From Candidatus Kutchimonas denitrificans (GTDB lineage Bacteria > Gemmatimonadota > Gemmatimonadetes > Palauibacterales > KS3-K002), in contig JAACAK010000083.1 of NCBI GenBank assembly GCA_011774835.1, positions 25,042 through 89,041 on the forward strand: DNA of 64,000 bases, written 5' to 3'. Below, piece after piece: positions 15,012 to 22,858 of the stretch. How positions within the stretch are numbered: position 1 is the first letter of the stretch; each line of letters opens with the position of its first letter. A model generated the notes under the pieces. It ran no database searches and had not been told where the DNA came from. It worked only from the letters and a program-made list of their open reading frames with translations. The position numbers were made by a program, and so were the translations under genes.

Positions 15012-15143
15012 GGCCGCTCTCCCACCTTCCGGGGGCCGGAACTGGCATCCCGTCCAGCAATCGTCTAAGTTAGGTCGATTTCCAGAGGAATTCGGCGAAT
15101 TCGGGGCATCACGCCCCGGTATCCCGTAAGGCATGATACACAA

Positions 15144-15557
15144 ATGCCCATCGTTCGGATTACGCGGCGACTCCACTTCAGCGCGGGCCACCGACTTCAC
15201 AACCCGGAGCTCTCCGAAGAAGAGAACCGGGAGATCTATGGTCTGTGCAACAACCCGGCCGGCCACGGACACAACTACGGTCTCGAGGTCACGTTGCGGG
15301 GCGAAGTCGATCCGCGGACGGGCTACGTGTACGACCTGAAGCGACTGAAGCGGCTGGTGGAAGAAGCGGTACTGGCCGACGTCGATCACGCCAATCTGAA
15401 CGTGGACGTGCCCTGGATGCAGGGAGTGGTTCCGACGGCGGAGAACATAGCGGTTCAGATCTGGCGGCGACTGGAGTCGGAGCTGCCGGCGGGGATGCTG
15501 GAGCGAATCCGACTGACGGAGACGGAACGTAACGTGGTGGAGTACAGCGGCGAGTGA
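15144..15557 (+). CDS. 6-pyruvoyl-tetrahydropterin synthase / QueD family protein (animal-type PTPS-like sequence)
   Basis: FSAGHRLHNPELSEEENREIYGLCNNPAGHGHNYGLEVTLRGEVDPRTGYVYDLKRLK and VPTAENIAVQIW closely follow the PTPS signature as I remember it from animal PTPS (CNNPNGHGHNY). Confidence 0.85.
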   Translation: MPIVRITRRLHFSAGHRLHNPELSEEENREIYGLCNNPAGHGHNYGLEVTLRGEVDPRTGYVYDLKRLKRLVEEAVLADVDHANLNVDVPWMQGVVPTAENIAVQIWRRLESELPAGMLERIRLTETERNVVEYSGE

Positions 15558-15584
15558 AGGTGAGAAGAGCGGAAAGTTAGGGCG

Positions 15585-16172
15585 ATGGCGGACACTTGGT
15601 CGAAAACCAGACGGATGAGCGAGCTGGTGCGCGAGCTACTGTTGTATCTGGGCGAGGACCCGGAGCGCGAGGGTTTGCGGCGTACGCCGGAGCGGGTGGA
15701 GGCGTCGCTGCGCTGGCTGATGCGCGGATACGATATGAGCGTCGCGGAGGTGGTGGGCGACGGGGTGTTCGAAGCGGACCATGACGAGATGGTTGTGGTC
15801 AAGGACGTCGAGGTGTACTCGATGTGCGAGCATCATCTGCTGCCGTTCTTCGGCAAAGCTCACATCGCGTACATCCCGAACGGTCGGATCCTCGGCTTCA
15901 GCAAGCTGCCGCGGATCGTGGAGGTGTTCGCGCGGCGGCTCCAGGTCCAGGAGCGGCTGACCGACCAGATCGCCACGGCGATCCAGGAGGTGCTGCGACC
16001 GAAGGGGGTCGGTGTGGTGATCGAGGCGGCCCACCTCTGCATGATGATGCGTGGGGTCGAGAAGCAGAACTCGAAGACGATCACCAGCGCTGTTCGGGGG
16101 ATCTTCCGGAGCGATCAGCGGACGCGGGACGAGTTTCTCCGACTCGTGGCCTCTCAAACCCTCCTGTCGTGA
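15585..16172 (+). CDS. folE: GTP cyclohydrolase I (type IA)
   Basis: Signature blocks are [58 protein letters not shown] and [11 protein letters not shown]. Confidence 0.92.
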   Translation: MADTWSKTRRMSELVRELLLYLGEDPEREGLRRTPERVEASLRWLMRGYDMSVAEVVGDGVFEADHDEMVVVKDVEVYSMCEHHLLPFFGKAHIAYIPNGRILGFSKLPRIVEVFARRLQVQERLTDQIATAIQEVLRPKGVGVVIEAAHLCMMMRGVEKQNSKTITSAVRGIFRSDQRTRDEFLRLVASQTLLS

Positions 16173-16930
16173 GCGAAGCGAGCGCCGGCTTCTCCGGACA
16201 TAGAGTGGTTCTGACCGGTGCGACGGGTGGCGTGGGCCGGGCGGTGGCGGATCGGCTGGCCCGCGGGGGTGCGCGGCTGGCGCTGATCGCGCGAGGGGCG
16301 GCGGAGCTGCAGGAGCTGGCGGAGCGCCTCGATGCGGCGGCTCTGTCCGGGGACCTGACGGATCGCGATTTCATCGCGGCCGCTCCGGGCTCGCTGTCGG
16401 ACGCATTGGGTGGGACGCCCGACGTGGTGATCAACAACGCCGGAGCGTTCGCCGTGGCTCCTTTCGTCGACACCGAGCCGGAGACGTTCGAACGAATGCT
16501 GGCGGTGAACGTGCGGGCTCCGTTCGAGCTGACCCGGGCGCTGCTGCCCGACATGCTGCGTCGCGGCCGGGGCCACCTGGTGAGCGTGGGGTCGGTGGCG
16601 GGGCGAACCGCGTTTCCGGGCAACGCGGCGTACTCGGCATCCAAGTTCGGACTGTACGGGTTGCACCGGGTGCTGGTCGAAGAGCTGCGGGACAGCGGAC
16701 TGAAAGCGACGTGGATCGAGCCGTCCGCGGTGGATACGCCGCTGTGGAATCCCCTCGAGCCGGATCAGCGGCCCGACCTGCCATCACGGTCGGAGATGTT
16801 ACGGCCGGAGGCGGTAGCGGACGCGATCGAGTTCGTGCTGTCGCGTCCCGAGAACGTCAACATCGAAGAGCTCGTGATTCGGGCAAATAGTGCGCGGGTT
16901 GGCGATGGCGAACGGGTTGCGGAGGAGTAA
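16169..16930 (+). CDS. Classical short-chain dehydrogenase/reductase (candidate sepiapterin/pteridine reductase by context)
   Basis: In frame within track ORF 15824..16930. The GTG start at 16169 overlaps the folE stop (GTGA). SDR motifs are [14 protein letters not shown] and YSASK. Confidence 0.8.
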   Translation: MSEASAGFSGHRVVLTGATGGVGRAVADRLARGGARLALIARGAAELQELAERLDAAALSGDLTDRDFIAAAPGSLSDALGGTPDVVINNAGAFAVAPFVDTEPETFERMLAVNVRAPFELTRALLPDMLRRGRGHLVSVGSVAGRTAFPGNAAYSASKFGLYGLHRVLVEELRDSGLKATWIEPSAVDTPLWNPLEPDQRPDLPSRSEMLRPEAVADAIEFVLSRPENVNIEELVIRANSARVGDGERVAEE

Positions 16931-16936
16931 CGCGAA

Positions 16937-18178
16937 ATGATCCTTCAGAATCTGAAGAAGTTCCAGAAGATCAGCGAGACGAAGGAAGGGATCACGCGTC
17001 TCGGCCTGACCGACTGGGAGGACGAAGCTCATGAGGCGGCGGTCTCTGTCTTCAGCCGCTTCAAACGCATCACCGATGTCCGCGACGGGGCCGGCAACAC
17101 GTTTCTGTATAACGGCGACGGCAAAGGCAAGTACATCGTGATGGGGTCTCACCTGGATACGGTGCCCGCCGGCGGTAGGCTGGACGGCGCGCTGGGGGTG
17201 GCTGGCGCTCTCGCGGCGATGCAGCGGGTGCTGCGCAAGCATCGCGACGCGCCGGTGGCTGTGGCCATCTGGGCGGACGAGGAAGGGTATCGATTCAATA
17301 ACGGGCTCTGGGGATCGAGGGCCTTTATCGGCGCGGTGACGGAGGAGGAGCTGCTGAGCCTGCGGGATCGGGACGACGCTCTTCTGGCCGAGGTCCTGGC
17401 CGAGCGAGGGCTGCAGAAGAAGCCGCGCCGAAGCCGGGAGACGGGCGAGCTCAATGTCAAGTTCAGGTACAAGGCACCGATCGAGATCGCGTCGTATCTG
17501 GAGGCGCACATCGAGCAGGGCCGCAAGCTCATCCGCGCAGGAAAGCGAATCGGACTGGTGACGCACGTCGCCGGCGTTCGCCGCTGGCGTCTGGAGAGCG
17601 TGGGCGAAACGAACCACGCGGGAACGACGCCGATGCGCGACCGGCGCGACGCGCTGGTGCCGATCGCCGGGATGGTTGGCCGATTGCCTCAGCTGGTGCG
17701 AGGCGTTGAGGAGGGCGTGATCACCTGCGGTGCGCTGGGCGTGCAGCCGGGTGTGGCCAACGTGATCCCGGACCGGGCCTGGGCGATCGTCGAGCACCGG
17801 GCGCCCAGCGAGCGCGACCAGGATGAGATCGCCCGGCGGCTGAAGGAGCTGGTGGCGACGACGGGCCCGCGGGCCCCCGGCGTCGGACTGGAGATGACGC
17901 CGCTATCTGCCGTGCGGCCGACCGCGCTGTCGGACGATGTGACCGCGGGGGTCGAGGAGATCTGCAAGAAGTCGAACGTGGAATACATGCGCATGACGTC
18001 GATGGCGGCGCACGACGCCATGAACATCGTCCGGGTCGCCCCCGCCGGAATGTTCTTCATTCCGAGCTTGAAGGGCGTGAGCCATCGACCCGACGAGGAC
18101 TCCCGCAAAGAGGACATCAAGCTGGCCGGCGAGATCCTGTACAAGTGGGCGCTGGCCGAGCTCGACCGTGTTCTTTGA
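16937..18178 (+). CDS. M20-family Zn-dependent amidohydrolase (allantoate amidohydrolase / N-carbamoyl-amino-acid hydrolase type)
   Basis: Signature blocks are GSHLDTVPAGGRLDGALGVAGAL, IWADEEGYRF and NHAGTTPMRDRRDAL. Confidence 0.8.
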   Translation: MILQNLKKFQKISETKEGITRLGLTDWEDEAHEAAVSVFSRFKRITDVRDGAGNTFLYNGDGKGKYIVMGSHLDTVPAGGRLDGALGVAGALAAMQRVLRKHRDAPVAVAIWADEEGYRFNNGLWGSRAFIGAVTEEELLSLRDRDDALLAEVLAERGLQKKPRRSRETGELNVKFRYKAPIEIASYLEAHIEQGRKLIRAGKRIGLVTHVAGVRRWRLESVGETNHAGTTPMRDRRDALVPIAGMVGRLPQLVRGVEEGVITCGALGVQPGVANVIPDRAWAIVEHRAPSERDQDEIARRLKELVATTGPRAPGVGLEMTPLSAVRPTALSDDVTAGVEEICKKSNVEYMRMTSMAAHDAMNIVRVAPAGMFFIPSLKGVSHRPDEDSRKEDIKLAGEILYKWALAELDRVL

Positions 18179-18809
18179 GCTGACCGATCTGCTGACCTGT
18201 CCGCGCTGCGGTCCGCAGCACGGCCTCGTGCTGCTGGTGAAGGATGTCGAGGATCGGAGAGTTCGAGAGGGATGGCTGGGGTGTCCCAACTGTCGGAACG
18301 ATTACCCTGTGGAGGCCGGGGTCGCCGATCTCCGACTGGCACCCGGGCCGGAAACGGAGGCGAAGCCGCCCTACCATGAAGAGGAGCTCTCGATCAAGAT
18401 CATGGCCCTGTCCGGGCTGGAGCAGGAGAAAGCGGTGCTGGCGCTCGACGGGCGGCTCGCGCACGCCGCTTCCGCCATCGTCGAACGCGCGCCCGAGCTC
18501 GAGATCATCGTCCTGCTCGGGTCGCGGGATGCGGGCGGCGTCGAGGCGGGTGTGAGCCGCATCATGTACGACGTGGAGATCCCGCTGGCCGAGCGCGCCC
18601 TCCGCTGTATCGCCCTGGCGCCCGGGGGCGACCCGGAAAGGGTGGCCGCGGCATCGCGTCGCGTCGCCGGCGAGGGACGGCTGGTCCTGTTCGACGCTCG
18701 AGAGGAGGACATCGAGGCGGCCAAAAGCGACGGGCTGACGGTGCTGGCCGCTGAAGGATCCACCGCGGTAGCCGAGCGCAGGAGCGGTTCGCTGCCGATC
18801 GTCGGCTGA
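18168..18809 (+). CDS. Trm112-like zinc-ribbon protein with an uncharacterised C-terminal domain
   Basis: The N-terminus is LLTCPRCGPQHGLVLL...WLGCPNCRNDYPVEAGVADLRL, a CPxC...CPxC zinc ribbon. The GTG start overlaps the upstream gene by 11 nt. I recognised no SAM-binding GxGxG motif in the C-terminal part. Confidence 0.55.
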   Translation: MFFELTDLLTCPRCGPQHGLVLLVKDVEDRRVREGWLGCPNCRNDYPVEAGVADLRLAPGPETEAKPPYHEEELSIKIMALSGLEQEKAVLALDGRLAHAASAIVERAPELEIIVLLGSRDAGGVEAGVSRIMYDVEIPLAERALRCIALAPGGDPERVAAASRRVAGEGRLVLFDAREEDIEAAKSDGLTVLAAEGSTAVAERRSGSLPIVG

Positions 18810-18884
18810 CCCGTCGTCCGGTTTGCGCGCTCCGTGACCGGCGGCTACCATGACCGCAAGCGCACGTTCCCAAAGGAGGGACCA

Positions 18885-19127
18885 ATGAAACTGAAAGCGA
18901 CTGCGTTCGGCCTCGCGTGCGGTTCCGTTCTGGGTCTGGCGAGCTTCGTGGCCACGCTGTTGTCGTTGTGGCGTGGCGGGGGGTTTACGATCACGGCCGT
19001 CGCCGGCGCCTATTTCGGTTATAGCTGGAGCCTGGCTGGCGCGTTCATCGGCCTCTTCTGGGGGGTCGTCTACGGCTTCATCTTCGGCTGGCTGCTGGCC
19101 ACGATTTACAACCGGCTCTCCGGCTGA
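18885..19127 (+). CDS. Small (80 aa) glycine-rich two/three-TM membrane protein
   Basis: ATG 18885 is preceded by AAGGAGGG. The sequence MKLKATAFGLACGSVLGLASFVATLLSLWRGGG...FIGLFWGVVYGFIFGWLLATIYNRL resembles small proteins often auto-annotated as holin-like. Confidence 0.55.
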   Translation: MKLKATAFGLACGSVLGLASFVATLLSLWRGGGFTITAVAGAYFGYSWSLAGAFIGLFWGVVYGFIFGWLLATIYNRLSG

Positions 19128-19191
19128 TCACCGGTTGGATCGCCTGGACCTGATCGGCTTCGACACGCGCGTGCCTGGAGGTTAGCGCGTT

Positions 19192-19638
19192 ATGGATTGG
19201 TGGCCGTTCTCGCGGCGGAAACGAGTGCCGGGCGAGCCGCCCGACTATTACCGGGAGGCGCTCAGGCTCGCCGACCAGCAGAAGTACCACGAGGCCCTCA
19301 CCTCGTTTCGCTTGGCTCTCCGCTCGCAGCCGGATGACCCGGAGATCATGGAACAGATGGCGATCATATACACGCACATCGGGATGCCGGACGAGGCGAT
19401 CAAGTACTACGAAGAGGCGATCCGAATCGGGGGCGATTCCGCCGGCGCCCACTACGGTCTGGCGTTCCTCTTCTTGCGTCGCGGCGATACCGCCAACGCC
19501 GTCCTTCACCTGCGGGCTTTCCTCCGCAGGCCGCCCGAGGACGAAGAAGCCGCGGCTCACGTCGAGCACGCGCGGCGCACGTTGCAGAGGCTCGAAGGGA
19601 GTCCCGGTGGACCCATCGAGAATCGGCCGGGAGAATAG
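19192..19638 (+). CDS. TPR-repeat protein
   Basis: It contains repeated 34-aa TPR-like units (YHEALTSFRLALRSQPDDPEIMEQMAIIY, PDEAIKYYEEAIRI, AHYGLAFLFLRRGD). Confidence 0.7.
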   Translation: MDWWPFSRRKRVPGEPPDYYREALRLADQQKYHEALTSFRLALRSQPDDPEIMEQMAIIYTHIGMPDEAIKYYEEAIRIGGDSAGAHYGLAFLFLRRGDTANAVLHLRAFLRRPPEDEEAAAHVEHARRTLQRLEGSPGGPIENRPGE

Positions 19639-19639
19639 C

Positions 19640-21499
19640 GTGTCCAACGAGAAGAGCCCGTCGTTCATCGCCAGCGCCGGCGTGCCGGCCGATATCCCTC
19701 CCGGGAACATCGCCGAGCTCTTCTTCCATGCCGTCGACACCTTCCGCAAGCCCGACGCCCTAAAGTACAAAGCCGGCGAGGGCTGGCAGGACATCTCTCA
19801 CCAGAAGGTCTACGAGGACGTGAAGTGCCTCTCCGCGGGACTCGAGTCGCTCGGTATCGAGGCCGGCGACCGCGTCGCCATACTGGCCGAGAACCGGCCC
19901 GAGTGGCTGCTGGCCGATTTCGCCTGCGTGACCTCTCTGGCGATCAGCGTGCCGCTCTATCCGGTGCTGCCGGCGGAGCAGATCGAATACCAGCTGCGCA
20001 ACAGCGAGGCGCGGGTGATCTTCGTGTCCAGCGACGAGCAGCTACAGAAGGTGCGTCGGCTGAAGCCGCGTTCGCCGGCCCTGGAGCTGGCCATCGTCTT
20101 CGATCGCGAGGCGGCTGGCAGCGAGCCGTGGATCCGGACGTTCGACGAGGTCATAGCGCTGGGCCGTGAAGCGGCAGACGGCGGCAGCGACGCCGAGTAC
20201 CGGGAACGAGCGCTGGCCACCGAGCCGGATGAGGTTCTGACGATCATCTACACCTCGGGAACCACGGGCCGGCCCAAGGGCGTCATGCTGACCCACAACA
20301 ACCTGGTGTCCAACGTCCGGGGCGCGCTTCGCTGCATCGACATCAACCCGTCGGAGACGGCGCTCTCGGTTCTCCCCCTGTCGCACGTGTTCGAGCGCAT
20401 GGCCGGGCATTACGTGATGTTCGCCGCAGGCGCGACGATCGCGTACGCCGGGTCGTTCGATACCGTCGGCGAGGACATGCTGGCGGTGCGGCCGACGCTG
20501 ATGGCGCTGGTCCCCCGCGGCTACGAGAAGATCGTCGAACGGGTCGAAGAGGTCGCGCGCCAGGGTGGGCCGCTCAAAGAGAAGCTGCTGTCCTGGGCTC
20601 GGGAAGTGGGGAAGCGGTGGGTCGGACGGAAGCTGGAATCGGGCGAGGAGCCGGGCCTGTGGCTCTCGGCCCAGCACCGGATCGTCGACCGGTTGGTATT
20701 CAGGAAGTTGAGGGCGCGTACCGGCGGTCGGATCAAGCTGTTCATATCGGGAGGCGCGCCGCTCAACCCGGACCTGGCCCGGTTCTTCCTGGCCGCTGAT
20801 CTCACCCTGTTGGAGGGGTACGGCCTCACCGAGACGTCGCCGGTGATCGCGCTCAACCGGCCGGATTCGATCTGCATCGGCACCGTGGGTTCGCCGCTGC
20901 CCGGGGTGGAGGTAGCGATAGCGGCGGACCGCGAAATCCTGACCCGCGGACCCCACGTGATGAAGGGGTACTTCAAAGATCCCGAGGCGACGGCGGCGGC
21001 GATCGACGGGGACGGCTGGTTCCACACCGGCGACATCGGCGAGCTGGACGAGGACGGCTACCTGAGCATCACCGATCGCAAGAAGGACCTGATCGTCACG
21101 GCGGGCGGCAAGAACATCGCGCCGCAGCCGATCGAGAACCGCACGGCGACGAACCCATACGTGAGGCAGGTCGTGATGATCGGCGACCGTCGGCGCTTTC
21201 CCATCCTGGTCATCGCGCCCAACTTCGATGCCCTGGAGAGCTGGGCGCGCGACGCGGGCATCGAGTTCGAGACGCGTGAGGAGCTGGTGCGCAACGGCCG
21301 GGTGCGGGAGTTCATGGAGCACGAGATCCTGGACACGCTCTCCGATTTCCCCCGGCACGAGCAGCCGAAGAAGATCGCGCTGCTCCACCGCGAGCTGAGC
21401 ATCGAAACCGGCGAAATCACCCCGACCCTCAAGGTCAAACGACGGGTGATCGAGGAGAAGTACTCCGACCTCATCGAACCGCTTTACCGGGATGGGTGA
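19640..21499 (+). CDS. Long-chain acyl-CoA synthetase (AMP-forming)
   Basis: In frame within track ORF 19334..21499. The GTG start at 19640 comes right after the TPR gene stop. Motifs are IIYTSGTTGRPKGVMLTHNNLVSNV, GYGLTETS, FHTGDIG and KNIAPQPIEN. Confidence 0.85.
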   Translation: MSNEKSPSFIASAGVPADIPPGNIAELFFHAVDTFRKPDALKYKAGEGWQDISHQKVYEDVKCLSAGLESLGIEAGDRVAILAENRPEWLLADFACVTSLAISVPLYPVLPAEQIEYQLRNSEARVIFVSSDEQLQKVRRLKPRSPALELAIVFDREAAGSEPWIRTFDEVIALGREAADGGSDAEYRERALATEPDEVLTIIYTSGTTGRPKGVMLTHNNLVSNVRGALRCIDINPSETALSVLPLSHVFERMAGHYVMFAAGATIAYAGSFDTVGEDMLAVRPTLMALVPRGYEKIVERVEEVARQGGPLKEKLLSWAREVGKRWVGRKLESGEEPGLWLSAQHRIVDRLVFRKLRARTGGRIKLFISGGAPLNPDLARFFLAADLTLLEGYGLTETSPVIALNRPDSICIGTVGSPLPGVEVAIAADREILTRGPHVMKGYFKDPEATAAAIDGDGWFHTGDIGELDEDGYLSITDRKKDLIVTAGGKNIAPQPIENRTATNPYVRQVVMIGDRRRFPILVIAPNFDALESWARDAGIEFETREELVRNGRVREFMEHEILDTLSDFPRHEQPKKIALLHRELSIETGEITPTLKVKRRVIEEKYSDLIEPLYRDG

Positions 21500-21518
21500 C
21501 GATCCGACCCTCTTTCGT

Positions 21519-21757
21519 GGGAATCTCGAGGTCGGAATTGCGAGGTCGGGATTCTGATTTGGGGAAGATCGAGTTCTCTCCGAATTGTTGAGGCGGGTTC
21601 GGGGATTCGGGGATTCGGGGCATCGGGGAGGTGGGAAGCGGCCCCCGGCCGGCAATCACTTCGTCCTTCCCCGCATCCCGAACCCGCTTCGGCAATCGGG
21701 CTCTTTCGACCTTCCCTAAAGCGGAATCTCGAAGTCGGATTCCGACTCGAGATTCCC
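21519..21757. repeat. 239-bp nested inverted-repeat element in the fadD-like/cutA spacer
   Basis: The outer arms are GGGAATCTCGAGGTCGGAAT (21519-21538) and ATTCCGACTCGAGATTCCC (21739-21757), whose reverse complement differs by one deleted base. The inner arms are GCGGGTTCGGGGATTCGGGG (21593-21612) and CCCCGCATCCCGAACCCGC (21669-21687). Extra direct copies of the outer motif lie at 21539-21557 and 21723-21741. Confidence 0.6.
21601..21628 (+). repeat. Canonical G-quadruplex motif / 8-mer tandem repeat (GGGGATTC GGGGATTC GGGGCATC GGGG)
   Basis: Four G4 tracts at 21601-04, 21609-12, 21617-20 and 21625-28 are separated by 4-nt loops. A further GGG lies at 21633-35. Confidence 0.6.
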
Positions 21758-21884
21758 ACCCCACAAAACCGGCTACCGCACCGCCTCCCTCCACATTACA
21801 TTAGGGGGGCTGTCTGGATCGTCCCCCTGACGCGTCCTGCCGCGGCCGCCGACGCCGCCGCGATATCACCTTCTGAAACTCGAC

Positions 21885-22220
21885 ATGGCAGATAACAGGA
21901 ACCAAGCTGTCATCATCCTGGTAACAGCTCCGGACGGCGAGACCGCGGCGTCCATCGGCCGGAACCTGGTCGCGGAGCGGCTGGCGGCCTGCGTCAATGT
22001 CGTTCCCGGACTGCTCTCGATCTTTCGCTGGGAAGGCGCGGTCCAGGATGAAGACGAGGTGCTCATGCTGGTTAAGGCGCGGCGCGAGGATGTCGACACG
22101 ATCGCCGCGCGAGTCCGCGAGCTGCACCCGTACGAGGTCCCGGAAGTGGTGGCGACCGAGATCGTGGCGGGGCTGACCGCGTATCTGGACTGGATCACGG
22201 GCGAGACGGAGCGGGGGTGA
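21885..22220 (+). CDS. cutA: Divalent-cation tolerance protein CutA
   Basis: Signature blocks are AVIILVTAPDGETAASIGRNLVAERLAACVNVVPGLLSIFRWEGAVQDEDEVLMLVK and HPYEVPEV. Confidence 0.85.
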   Translation: MADNRNQAVIILVTAPDGETAASIGRNLVAERLAACVNVVPGLLSIFRWEGAVQDEDEVLMLVKARREDVDTIAARVRELHPYEVPEVVATEIVAGLTAYLDWITGETERG

Positions 22221-22858
22221 TGGTCGGAAGCGAGGCGGCGCGGCAGGGCACCGAGACGCTGTACCTGCGGGCGCGAGAGCTGGCCGAGGGAGGAGCGTTG
22301 CGGGAGGCAGTGGGGGTGTACCGCCAGCTGCTGGCGGACAGCCCCGACCATCTGAAGGCGCACAACAACCTCGGCTTTCTCTACGATCGACTGGGCGATT
22401 CCGAAGCCGCGCTGGCCGAGTATCGGGCGGCCGAGTCGCTGGATCCGGACGATGTGCGACTGCAGTGCAACGTGGCGGCGGCGCTGGCGTCGTTGGGACG
22501 GTACGGCGAGGCGGAGGAGAAGCTGGCCGAGGCTCTGCGCAGCGATCCTAAGGAGGCGGATATCCGGGAGAACCTCGGGCTGGTCCATTACAAGAGGGGT
22601 CTGTACGCCGAGGCAGCGGAAGAGCTGCGGATCGCGGCCGATCTCGATCCTCAGCGCGCCAGGGCGTTGCTTTACCTGGGCGAGGCGCTGAACCGTATCG
22701 ACGATCTGGAAGGAGCGCTGACGGCGCTCAGGCGTTCGGTCGAGATCCAGCCGAGCGCTCGTGCCTACTACGCGATGGGAATAGTGTACGACCGAATGAA
22801 CCAGAAGGGCGCCGCGCAGGCGATGTATCACAAGGCGGAGGAGCTGGGCGGATGGTGA
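22217..22858 (+). CDS. TPR-repeat protein
   Basis: It has several TPR units (AHNNLGFLYDRLGDSEAALAEYRAAESLDPDD, YLGEALNRIDDLEGALTALRRSVEIQP). Its start overlaps the cutA stop. Confidence 0.7.
   Translation: MMVGSEAARQGTETLYLRARELAEGGALREAVGVYRQLLADSPDHLKAHNNLGFLYDRLGDSEAALAEYRAAESLDPDDVRLQCNVAAALASLGRYGEAEEKLAEALRSDPKEADIRENLGLVHYKRGLYAEAAEELRIAADLDPQRARALLYLGEALNRIDDLEGALTALRRSVEIQPSARAYYAMGIVYDRMNQKGAAQAMYHKAEELGGW

Noticed and set aside
14838-15068. Small ORFs (14838..15068 +, 14744..15025 -, 14947..15129 +) as possible micro-proteins between the ZIP and PTPS genes
   Set aside because: They have shadow-like composition, and one runs straight through the T8 terminator. None has a convincing ribosome-binding site. 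I treat the region as non-coding RNA or regulatory instead.
21519-21757. Calling the inverted-repeat element a bona fide MITE (mobile_element)
   Set aside because: I found no target-site duplication at the ends, and copy number cannot be assessed from one window. It is reported as a repeat only.
21471-21794. Minus-strand ORFs 21471..21794 and 21484..21759 in the fadD-like/cutA spacer
   Set aside because: Their sequence is dictated by the nested inverted repeats and the G-tract repeats (repetitive PRIPESPNP-type peptides). They have no start context and no motifs.
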